A DNA stretch of 64,000 bases from Bilabrum cf. latius (taxonomy: Eukaryota), in assembly GCA_965178125.1 (NCBI GenBank), contig OZ237768.1, forward strand, positions 248,001-312,000, written 5' to 3'. This document shows positions 11,008-22,146 of this stretch, one piece after another. Below the pieces are notes generated by a model that was not told the origin of the DNA, searched no databases, and saw nothing but the letters and a program-made list of their open reading frames with translations. How positions within the stretch are numbered: the stretch's first letter is position 1; each line of letters begins with the position of its first letter. The position numbers and the translations under genes are program-made.

Positions 11008-14000
11008 TCAGCAAACCGTTCAACAGGACCCCTCGCCTTCTTTGCGTCCCTCTGCTTCTAAATGTACACAGCCGCCATCAGTTGCAGCCGCAGCAGCCTC
11101 ATTACCATCGTCGCAATCGTTCGTTTCTGCTGCCGCCTCTCTGCCCTAGGCAGAACCTGCGCCATTTGAGGCGCACCTGCTCACCGCAGGACCTGACCTG
11201 CTCCTGAATATATCAGGAGCAGCATACGCTCTCGCGTAGGAAGTACGCGCGGAGAAATGACGCGCCGACGAGCGCCTTCGAGGCGCAAGGTTTCCAGACG
11301 TGCTCGAGGGTCTCTCCCCCTTCCTCTAGTAGATCTAGTCGTTATCTATGCCACCCTCATCACCGAACTGTGCCATCAATCCAGCACGCCGTCTCTGGTC
11401 CCTGCTGCGGCTTGCACTATGCTTATGGCTCCCGCTGTCGGACCTACCCCGCTCCCGCGCTGCCGCTGACCGCCACCCCAAAGGAACCGACATGTTATGC
11501 TTGACCCCTGCCCGTAGACGCCTTTCCATACGCTTGTCCGGCCATGCCTGCACGGCCCGGCGGGGGCCGATCCCCACAGCGGGCCCACCTACCGTCCCGG
11601 CAAACACTCCGCTGCCCCTCTGCCGACCATCACCCCCAGCATCGCGCTTGTGCCGGGGCATGAAACCGGATACCCTCCTCGGTATTGTGCTCCCAGCTCC
11701 GCCCGTGGCCGCCATCTCTGCCCTTGCCTATGAGTCGAACAGCCTCCCACTACTGTGCTTGCCACCAGCCGACAAATTGGGGGCGCTGGGGGCGGTGGGG
11801 GCGGTGGCGCTCTGCCTCGCTAGCTCCCGCCTGTGCCTCTTGCTGGCAAATGAGGGATTGCGCCACCCTACGCCGCCGAGTGCTCGAGCCCTGTCCTGCT
11901 GCTTTGCAATCGCCGCGGCAGTAACGCGCGCCACAGCAGGCTGCACCTGCGACCGGTGGTGTCTGTGAGACAGGTGCAACCTATGGAAACTCCCGGATGG
12001 ATCAGCGGGTCGAGTCTCAACCTCTATCTATCGGTGGCTGCGAGGCTCCAGGGAACACGCTCCTGGGTGCACGATGCAAGACTCCACCAATCCCACTGCA
12101 TTAACAATGCCTCGGCGACCGCCACTGGTTCTCAAACGGCCACGCGCCCTGAAAACAGAGCCAGCTTGCAACTGCACCCGAAGTAGGGCAAGCGACACCC
12201 TGAGCTCTGTGAGCACGACAGTGCGCTGCAGTCGGAGATCGTGACCGACTGGCTCGATCACAGGATGCACTCCTGCGGCCTGCGTACCCAAAGCTTCTTT
12301 ACCCCGAAACAGGCGCGTGTGCCAGGGCACAGTGTCGCTGGACTGGTCCTGCAAGGCAGCTGAAATCGTCCCAAGCGGTGCCACGAGCAGCCCATCCCCC
12401 GGCAGCAGCTTGTACGTGCTATAGCATGCACCAACTACATCTCCTAGCACTGCGTCCGCTCCTGCTCCAGACACAGGCGCTTGGCTAGCCTCAGGTACAA
12501 CCCTACTGTTGAGCCGCACTTTCCTCTCGTCCTTCGCAAAAATCATCCCGGGAATCGAGCGCCATGCTGGCCCGCCCAGAGCAGTATCTGCCATGGACAA
12601 TGAGCTTGAATGATCGTGCAGATCATCGTCACGCCGCATTCTGGTGCCTCTGTCTCGCGTCTCCAAGAGGAGGTCGGTTTCCCAGGCAGCCGCTTGTGTC
12701 GCCCACCGCCAGGTGCATGCGCCCACAGAGGCCGCCAATGCTGCATGCTCTGCCTCCTTCGTGCGAGCATCGCTGACACTGCTTGGTAGCTCAATTCTTC
12801 TAGCCTGATTGCCTGGTGCTGATTGCTCGCACAAGGCTTTTCTAGTTGCCCATTCTGCCGCGTGCAGCCTGGGCCCACACATGCTACTTGCGCTTCCGCC
12901 AGATAATGGGTCGCTGCTATCGGACGATACAGACGACATCGCGCCTGTCCAGGACCGCGTTGGCATCGCGCATACCCAGTGGGTGCATCCAATTGCGTGC
13001 CTGTTCCAGGCAGCGCGCGATCCAGCCCAGCCACACTCAGGTGCAGGGCATTGCCGTGGCGCCAGAAGACAGACCTAGTCATGGTCTCCCTGGAGCTCTG
13101 CAAAGATTGCTCCTTGGGACGTTTGGTCTGCATGCTTCCCTCCGAGCTCTCCATCTATCTTCAGTGACAGCCAGGCACCACAGCCGTGCCTGCATGCTGT
13201 GCCTGTACTTGCTTCAGGGGGTTTGACACCACTGGCTCTGTCGGGCAAGCCTGTACTCGTGCCACTCTCCTTCACTGCCGGCGAACAAACTCCTGCATGA
13301 GTGCCCATCACGTCGCTAGCTGACGTTTGTACACCCGTAGGCATGTCCTCAGGTGGCCTAAATCTGCCTATGATCCCAACAGATCGCAGTGATTGTTCCA
13401 GCGACTGCCCGGCTTCGTGGCTGCCACCAGACATCGCGGCACTCGTCACACCCCTGAGGTCAACCGCACGCAGCTGCCCTGCGCTGCCACCAAGAAGCAC
13501 ATCCACGACGCCCCGCAGTACCGCAATAGACCCGAATGGCGCCGCTAGGACTCTGAGTCGAGGACACGACTCGAGAAGCTCCCCAGCCCACTCGGATCCG
13601 CAGGACCTCCACCCTGCACTGGAGAGCGAGGGGCTCTTTCGGGCATGTCTGCGCATCGATCTATTGCTTCCTTCGTCCATTAAGGGGCCCGTGGATAGCC
13701 ATGGCACCGACAATCCGACCAGCTGCTTGCACGCTGCCAGAGCAACCGACAGGGACACCTGATCTGCTCTGCAGCAGGACCTCGGTAAGGCCAGCGTCTG
13801 CAGGCCAGCGCCAACGCTACAAACACAGGTATCAGAATGATGAAGACCGCAAGTGGTCTAAATTTGGGCTGAGCTTTGAGCCACAGAAGCGCTGTGACGG
13901 CTTTCCACTCCAGCTATGTCACCGCCATGTGACGGCGTGGTCTGCACCTGCAGCTGCAGCAGAGTGGCAAGTCCGTCTGTCCCCAGTGAACCCTCCGACA

Positions 14001-15561
14001 GCCGACTCAGGTCAAGGTGCCGCGGAGCAGGATCATTGCATGGTGCACCTCCCCTCCTCTGCTCATGGCACAATGACGCTCTGCACCGCAGGAATGCGCC
14101 AGCCCAGTGCCTTATGCTCTCGGTGCTCCACACATCCCTGGCTCTCACTCTCGGGGGCAGCCAGCCGTGAGCTAGCGCAGCTGCCCTGTCACGAGCAGCT
14201 CTATCATCGGTATCGAGCGAGAAGGATTCCTACCTCTGTTGCGCCCTCGCTCTGGCTCCTCCAATACCCTGCGCCTGCAGCAACAGCCCATCCCTCCTCG
14301 CTGCTCTTCTGGCTCGCCAGGCTCGCCTGGCAGACTGGTTTCTCGCCCTCGCTGCCTCAAGCGGGTCTTGCTTGTCGTCAATCACCAGCGACTGCAGCTG
14401 ACTGCAGCTGCCCATCACGTCGCACATGACGGCCCAGGCCGGCTGAAGCAGTGCCCGCCGTGGTCGCAAATCGCAGCGCACGAGTCCTAGCGCACGGAGC
14501 TTCCGCAGGATGCGACGAAGGGCCGCCCCCCTCACAGAGCACAGCTGGGTGTCGTGCAATCGCAGGGCTTCCAGTCGAGGCAGTCCGGACAGGGCAACTG
14601 CGCCTGATGGTCCTAGTTGTGACAGCGACAGGTACTTGAGAGACTGGAATGACCTGACGTGCCACGCCCTCAGCAGCACGCTGTCTCCGGCTTCGAGGCA
14701 GCGCAGGCTGGCTGCGAAGCGGGGGCACGCGATCGCGCGCTTTGCTGGGAGCAATCCTGATTCCTTGTCGCCGGCACCCCTCGCTGCGTTACTGGCTCTG
14801 TGTCCCCGAGGCGCACTGGATCTTCTCTCGTCCTCATCATCCATGTCGTGCGCTGGGTCAGATGCAGGTCCACCTGCAGCTCCTCTGCTCCAGCACGCTG
14901 AAAACTTGAGGCGAATCAGCCTGTCACTATAGGCGCGCAGTTTCCTGCACATATGGTCGCACGCTTGGGGAGTCAACTTGAAGCTGCTGCCCGTACTAGA
15001 AGGGGTTGGAGTAGGGCGAGCAACGCTGTGCATGGGCGCCTTCGGGCTTGATACCACCCTACCACTAGCCAACGGTCCAATGTCCGGCTTTGAAATTGTG
15101 CCATCCGTTTCACCGGTCCCAATTCCGTCCAACTGCGCCGCAAGTCGCTCCGCCTCTCGCTCTTCAGCCGTGGAGTGCGCGCTCATATCCTGCCCGACCT
15201 CCCAGCCGACAGCAACTCTCCATCGAACCTCCGACACACCAGCGTCGCCACCTGTTAGTGGCAAACCTGTACGCTTGCTACATCCGCTGATATCCAGTAC
15301 TTCAACTCTTGCGCCAGTGTGGGTGAGAGCCTCAAGGTTCTGCTAGTCGATGACATCACTTGCCATTCCGGCGAAACACGCTACCTGACAAACGGTTGAG
15401 CTGGGAGAATAATCTTCTGTTTGATGGTATGCATTGATAGAATGCGCATATAGTGAGAGTTTGCGGCCCAATACTAGGCGAAGACTTCGAGACGTGCCTG
15501 CCAACCTCTCGAGCGACAAACGATCAAGCCAGTCCTCAACGAACCTTACAGCCCGCAGCAT
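11008..15561 (-). CDS. F-box/LRR-like protein with degenerate RNI-type leucine-rich repeats (~1517 aa)
   Basis: Track ORFs 15343, 14230, 13858, 13075, 12028, 11728 and 11335 share one frame joined by TAGs; stop is TGA at 11010-11008. LRR-like segments include SLKYLSLSQL, LPRLEALRL, CSQLQSLVI, RHLDLSRL, CPRLRVL and LRAVDLRG. The N-terminus (WLDRLSLERLAGTSRSLR) is F-box-like. The start is uncertain. Confidence 0.65.
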
Positions 15562-15805
15562 GGTCTTCAATTTGATTGCAACCACATCTCTCAGCGCTTT
15601 TGGCCGGAGTCCTATTGGGGACGTGTAGACTACAAAATTGGCTGTCGAATATTCTGGGCGTGGATGATGAGCATGGTGTGCAACTGCAGCTCATCATCTC
15701 CGGGGCCATTTTGACGCAACAACTGGACCGAGACAAGACAATTCTTCAGGTATTATTTTTCCTGGAACTCATACGGGCATCTTGACCTCTGCGATACCAC
15801 TTGCA

Positions 15806-17808
15806 ATGCTGAGTTTCGTAACGAGACTGGCAGCTGCCGGGTGGCTCGTGGGATAGGCTCTCTCGAAACCAGCCCATCCCCACCTGGTCGTGTTCGTAGC
15901 AGACGACTTGGGCTATAATGATCTTGGATTCACAAACGGCGGCAAGACGCACACGCCATACATCAACGAGCTCGTGAAGGAGTCTACGCTTCTCTCCAAC
16001 TACTACCAGTGGCGGCTTTGCTCGCCCAGCAGGGCGTCCCTTCTGTCGGGACGGTACCCGTAAGAATATTTGAAGATATAGAATGTGTCGGTTTGTGCTA
16101 CCTTGGAAGTTTCGATGTTCCTGAACGAATCGTCACCGGATCCACCCCACGGCAACTGCGTACGCAGATGGGGTGTTGGATTTTATGACATGTCTGACGA
16201 TGGAGCGCATTGTATCAACGAAAGTAAGAGGTATGCCTGTGTCCTTTTGTCGACCGAGGCACACGGCACTTGCGGAGAGTTGAATCCTTCTGTATTCTCA
16301 AATACGCGCAGCCACTCGCTTGATGCCCGATGTACTGAAAGATTTCGGCTACAAGACGCACGCCCTTGGGAAGTACGACGTTGGTAGGGTCCTTAAGAGC
16401 TGCACGGCCACCGAGCGCGGCTTTGACACCTTCCTGGGCTACTACACTGCCTGCACGAGCGACTACTGGTACCACGGGGCTCCCGGCGGCAACCGCACCG
16501 CTGACAATTGCGGCGGCGTGGACTAAACCGAGGCGAGCGTGCAGGACGGCATCCGAGGGGCGCCCATGAGCGGGCCCGACTCGCTAAACGGTACGTACGA
16601 TCAAGAAGTTTTCACCCGTCGGGCCATGGACATCGTGAGTGAGCACGACGCAGACGAGCCCATGTTCCTCTATATCGGGCACCATGTGGTGCATGACACC
16701 TGCCAGCACAGCAGGACAGAGGGAGCAAAAGTGCTGCAGGCCCCTTGCGGGGACGTGGATGCCTATGCCACCACTGAGCTGGACGGTTGGAAGGTGCAGG
16801 CAGCCATGACCACGCAGCTAGACTACGGCGTGGGCAATCTGACAGAGGCGCTCAAAGCCAAGGGCATGTGGGATGACACGGTGTTCCTGTTCGTGTGAGT
16901 GACTGGGACTAATTGATTGTTTTCGGGCTCGCGATGGGGCTTACTGGCCGTCGTCATGCCGAGCCAGCACTGCATACTCTATCCATTGCATTTTTGCTGA
17001 CACCCTCCACCGACCGATGGATCGCAGGTCAGACAACGGGGGCCCGTTGGACCACTCCAGCAACTGGCCACTGGCCGACGGCAAGGCAAGCTGGTTCGAG
17101 GGCGGCCTTAGGGTCACAGCGTTCATCCACAGCCCGCTGCTGGGGCCCGGCATGCAGGGCGTCACCTGGGACGGGATGGCCCACGCCAGCGACTGGTACA
17201 CCACGTTCGTAGAAGGGGTCATCGGGGCGCAGCTGCCCAACAACACGGGTCCCCGCGCGCCGGACGGGCACAACCTGTGGGATGCCCTGAGGAACAACGG
17301 ATCTTCCCCTCGACAGGAGATCATCCACGGCGTCAACGGGTCGTGGGTGGTGCCCCCTATCTCCCATGAGGACTGCCCTGGGTGCAACGAATTCGCGGCC
17401 AGGTTCGGTGACTGGAAGGTCATCTTCGGGGTGAGGGAGGGCAAGGGCCCGCAGGCGTGGCCCGAGCCGGGGCAGTCCGCAGTGCCGTTTGGGAAGACCG
17501 GTGGCGAGGTGGAGGAGGGCACGGACCACTGCAGGGCCCCGCTGCTGAAGACCACCGCGAAGGAGACCAAGTCCCCCGACGGTGTGTGGCTGTTCAACCT
17601 GGGAACCGACCCCGGTGAGACACAGAACCTGGCGGGAGACCCCAAGTACGCCAGCATGATCGAGCAGTTCAGGCAGAAGATCAAGGAGGCCAGTGCCACG
17701 GGTCCCCGGGCGGCGTTCCTGAAGCCTCCCAACGCCACTGAGGTCATTTGCGACAACGAGAAGAAGTACGGCTACCTAGAACCGTTCGACTGGAAGCCGT
17801 AGCCTTGA
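15806..17808 (+). CDS. Secreted/lysosomal formylglycine-dependent sulfatase (family S1, arylsulfatase B-like), 4 exons
   Basis: Exons 15806-16059, 16168-16223, 16312-16894 and 17028-17808, with GT-AG introns that restore frame. Motifs: VADDLGYND, CSPSRASLLSGRYP (CxPxR), GKYDVG, RGFDTFLGY, VSDNGG, GKASWFEGGLRV, LFNLGTDPGE. TAG at 15854 and 17800 is read through; stop is TGA at 17806-17808. One in-frame TAA at 16524-16526. Confidence 0.9.
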
Positions 17809-18049
17809 TGCCTGCGGGCGCGATGCAGAGATTAATGCAGTCTTTGGTGATGATGCAATCCGGGATGTGTATTGGCCACAGGCCCTGGCTAGATCCAGAC
17901 TGTGCCATCTGGCTAGATCCAGATTTGCGTAGTCTGCCGTAGTGGATATCAGAAGACTACACCATTAAGCTTAGAAAGCTAATACCCTTGCGACTTATAA
18001 CTATAACTTATAAACAAGCATGCATCGATATAGTTCAGATCATCGTGGG

Positions 18050-19256
18050 TCATAATTCTACCGCAGCCACCCCGAATTGCTCCTGCTCTCTTGTGGGCAG
18101 AGGACCACCAAAAGCGGCACCAGCACCTGCGCCTGCACCAGACCGCATTACGGTAGGGGGCCTCAGGGAAGGCTGAGCCTCAGCCCACCTGTCCAATGCA
18201 TCTCGCAAGGACACGGGCGGAAGCTGCGCATCGTGCGCGCCAGTGACTCCCGCAAGACAAGCACTAATGCCAGCTTGCCTCCATCCTGCGAATCCCCCCT
18301 TGGTGTTTGTCAGCACATGCGAGGCTCTATCAAGGGAGGCATACACCGAACTGACCGGCTCGGGGGCGTAAATTCGACGCGTGCTGGAGGGCCCAGAACT
18401 CTTGCCTGGGCTGCTGCTCTCAGAGTCCGAGTCAGTGTCCATGTCCCCATCTGAATCGGAGCTGCAGCTGGACACGCTCGCGCAGCACTCGTCGTCACTG
18501 CGCTCGTCACACTGGCCGTAGGATTTACCCACTGGCTCGTACACGCTGTTTGCCCAGCTGCGCACACTGCTAGCCCCACTGCTGCTTGGGCTGCCGTGGC
18601 TGGGCTCCGACGCTTTGCTTTCGCTGGTGCCTGCCGTTGATTTCATATGTTGTTGATTGTAACGGGTGTGGATGCCACCACGTGTGACGATGGTGACTTC
18701 GTTGGGTGGTTGCTCCGTCTGGGCAGACTTGGCCTCATCTTCCTCCCAGCAAGCTGCGGAAGTGGGCCGGACCATATCTCGATTCGTGCGGTTTCGCCGT
18801 GCAAACGCCCTCGCCCTACGCATCTGAAGGATCTTGGCTCGAATCTTTACGGCATGCTTAGAAGTTCGCTTGGCTTCGCGTGCGTCGGCTCGCTGTTGTG
18901 CTCTCTCCTGCTTGCGCTCGACGGGTCCCAGCAGCGCCGCTGGTGCCAGGCCCTGGGCTCCTCTAGCTAAAGTGCCCGTGCGCATGCTGCGCGCGATGCG
19001 TGCCAGTGCCACAGATGCACTGCACGGTGGTACGTGTCCCCGTCTGACGCATTGCACTGCGATGATCTGGTCAAGGGAGCGACCCAGCCGGGTGTGGCCT
19101 GCGAGAATAGCCGCCATACCGGGGCTGATGCCCTCCTGCGAGCTAGCAGCGAGATAGAAGAAGCACTGAAACAGGCTAGGATACGATATGTCATAGGATA
19201 ATCCTTTATAATGTGAAAGGCGCGGTAAGATAGCGCTTAGAGAGGCGGGAAACGAG

Positions 19257-19301
<45 letters not shown>

Positions 19302-20434
19302 TGTCAGCAGTACTGCGCCTGAACAGCCGGAAATTATCGGCGAGCAGCTCTAGCAACAATGCCCAGAAGCGTGCACCTCACCGCATCGCACTCGTCACAC
19401 GAAGCTCCTAGCGACAGGAGAGCCATGCATCCGGGGGCATCCCCGCTCCAGGCAGCGTGCCACATGGCGCTTCTCCCATGCTGCGGGAATAGAACGAGAC
19501 ACGTGAACGCATAATTTAGGCCTTATAAGCGTCATTATCAACTAGATGGCGGCAATACGGATAGATTAGCACCCGACTGAGCCTATTTTCAGCGGTTTCA
19601 CCCATGCCAAGCAAGTGCTCACTTCGTCCGTCTGATTCACCAGCTCCAGGTGGGCCGACGTCTTCGCCTCTTCAGCGCTTTTGGAGCCAATGTCGTCACT
19701 ATTGGGGGCTGATGTGCCGCGCAGAGACTGCGCCACTGCCGCCTAAACGAGCAGCGCGATCTGCCTGAGGTCCCTGGCCCGGATGGCGGCTCGCAGCGGG
19801 GTGTCGCCGTCCTTCGAGATTTAATCGTGATTATATCGGACAAAAACGCATAGGGTGGATATTTTGGTACGTTTATTCATCATCACGGCTTGGAATAACG
19901 TTTAACGTTTAATGCATGTCTCTGTTCTTGGTGGATGGCCAGCTCCACCCAAGCATGTCTCTGTTCTTGGTGGATGGCCAGCTCCACCCAAGCATGTCTC
20001 TGTTCTTGGTGGATGGCCAGCTCCACCCAAGGCGCTTACCCGCCGCCCAGCAGGGTGGGCGACAACCTCAGGGATCGTTCTAGTTCAGCGGATAGGTCGT
20101 ACGTATAATCCTTGCTCACCTTGCATCGCAACCCGGGGGGTACACCTGCCTGCAGCAGCTTGGCCAGCGTTTCGTCGTCACCAGACGCAGCTGCCCGGAA
20201 CAGCCTCGTTGCCTCTGGGGTGCATGCGAGGTGGGCTTGCAATTCCCGGCTATTACTTGTGATGTGTGGGGCAAAGTAATCGTGGTGGGAAAGTGAGTAG
20301 AGTAGCTGCCTGTTGATCGGTGGGAGGGTTGGCGCCAATCGGTTGATAGCCGTTGGATGTGCATCCGTTCTCCTTGTCTTGATTGGGGCGCGAATTCGGG
20401 CGGGGTGGGCATTTATTTTCACAAAATTACTCAT
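18050..20434 (-). CDS. Ankyrin-repeat protein with long low-complexity C-terminus (~562 aa), 4 exons
   Basis: Exons 20434-20120, 19811-19623, 19480-19382 and 19135-18050, joined by phase-0 GTGAG...AG introns. The product contains ankyrin-like units LFRAAASGDDETLAKLLQAG, DGDTPLRAAI, HGRSAMWHAAWSGD..CMALLSLGA and EGISPGMAAILAGH. In-frame TAG at 19745-19743; stop is TGA at 18052-18050. The start codon is tentative. Confidence 0.8.
19257..19300. repeat. (GGCT)11 microsatellite in intron 3 of the ankyrin gene
   Basis: Read directly from the sequence. Confidence 0.97.
19914..20030. repeat. Three identical tandem copies of a 39-bp unit (minisatellite) in intron 1 of the ankyrin gene
   Basis: Unit GCATGTCTCTGTTCTTGGTGGATGGCCAGCTCCACCCAA x3 with no spacers. 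Each unit has an internal inverted repeat GGTGGA-N8-TCCACC. Confidence 0.95.
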
Positions 20435-20469
20435 AGTTTATGTCTTTGGAGGCGCGAGTTTGGCGCCGG

Positions 20470-21351
20470 ACATGCGTGAGAGTTTTGTGCCGAAAACGCT
20501 TGCCGTGACAAGACTTGGCGCGAGATGTATGTTCGCGGTACAACCTGGAACGGGCCAAGAATAGTTGTTTCCAGTGAAAACTAGGCACGAGAACGAGAAG
20601 GACAGGGGCCTCGGGGGGAGAAGGTTTGCTGTTCGGGGCGTACTCATTGGATGGGGAGAGTACGGCTTGTTGAGGTTGCTTGCGGAGGTCCAAGGGAGAG
20701 AGCAACTGCTGCACAGGAAGTTCGTGTAGCACCTATAACGGAGGAAAGGTGAGCGAGTGAAGGTTTTCAAGGGGACCAGGAAAACCAAGAAGGAACGTGC
20801 GGTTGATGCGTTGCAGGTTGCGCGGAGACCGCGGAGATTGTGGTGCGGGGTAACAGGGGCGAGAGGCAACTGGCCGGGTTGGGGATACGGCCAGGTGGGC
20901 TGAAGCAAGGGGCACTGGGTGGGTGTGTCTTATTTGGGCTGTCGATGGGCTGTCTTATGAGAGATCGGCAGCACTGAGGGGTTCTGCCCGTAGGCAGGAT
21001 TGTTCGGGACCTATTCCGGAGGAGTGGTGAAGATGTGGAGGCATATCAGGAGACAGGGTATGTCAGGTAGGAGCGTGTGGGCTATAACCAGCGAGGCACT
21101 AGATGGATGGGGAGGCCATTTATGGCGAACAGAGAGAGTGTTTGTGGGGTGGTGAGTGTTTCGTGGCTCGCGGAGAGTGAGGTGAGGGAGTGGGGAGTGT
21201 GGGATCTTGTTAGGGCCGGTGCAGTGGGGCTTGCCTCGCTGTATACGGTTGCGGACGAAAGTCCACCGTCATGGTCATGCTGTCTTTGCGCAGCACCCAT
21301 TGTTCGGTTATGCTTGACCTTAAATCAGATTTCAGATTTCAGATTTCAGAT
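20470..21351 (+). mobile_element. Possible decayed, 5'-truncated non-LTR retroelement relic
   Basis: The + strand is strongly G-rich and C-poor, unlike the flanks, with broken reading frames. The segment ends in a short tandem (CAGATTT)~3-4 tail at ~21326-21351. No recognisable RT motif and no target-site duplication were found. Confidence 0.25.
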
Positions 21352-22146
21352 AGTGCCGTCCTGCGGGAGTAAGACAATTGGACAGTGGGGGCTGGTGAAC
21401 CTTGCAAATTCAAATTTTCGTAGACTTATTATAGTCTTTGTGTTTGAGTTGCGTTTCGGCCATGGTTTGTAAGTAGCTACAGTGAAGGTCCCATTTGCTA
21501 CCCTTCCACGGAGGCATGCCGCGACTGCACGATAAAATCCCAGTCAACGCCTTCTAAGCCAAGCAAAAAATATGACAATACAATTAGTAGCAGATACAAC
21601 CCTGCCCATGGCATGATTGCGCGAAGACTCGCAAACTGAGCAAGTGCAACTAGATGGAACCGCCTAGAATTTGCCATAGTTTGCACCAATGACTACCTTT
21701 ATACCATACATACAAAAATATGATACATACCTCTTGTCTAGCCAGTGACCGGATGAGGTCCACGTCACTAGGCGGCTGTTCCTGCCTACTTTGCCAAGTG
21801 TGTCGGTGCTCGCTCTGGATTTTCACGTACTTTGGAGGGCGTTGCAGCTATTTGCCTCGGTTCATGCCACTATTTTGATGCTTGGTTGACATTTTCGAAG
21901 CAAGCATAGTCTCATTGTTTCTTCCCATGCTTGCTATGTGATGGTGAAATCCTGTGCAGACGAGCCGGGCTGAGCGGAACCTTCATGGAAGTTCGCTGAG
22001 TGGCGGTGGTCGCAGCACGGAGTCGTGGGCACTGGCATGGAGCAAAATATACAATCACATTGCGTTATTCAAATGAGAGTAGTTCGTAGTCCATACGCTT
22101 TTAACGGACTCCAAGTTTGCAGCCATTGTGCTACACCTGACGGCAA

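Noticed and set aside
17885-17923. Direct repeat CTGGCTAGATCCAGA x2 downstream of the sulfatase
   Set aside because: A short local duplication in a 3' intergenic region with no evidence of function.
19914-20030. CRISPR array (39-bp partly palindromic repeats)
   Set aside because: No spacers, no cas genes, and an intronic eukaryotic context.
21400-22040. Small minus-strand gene (ORF 21498..21689 and a GAG|GTATGT donor near 21731)
   Set aside because: No coherent exon chain or recognisable domain could be built, and the sequence is AT-richer.
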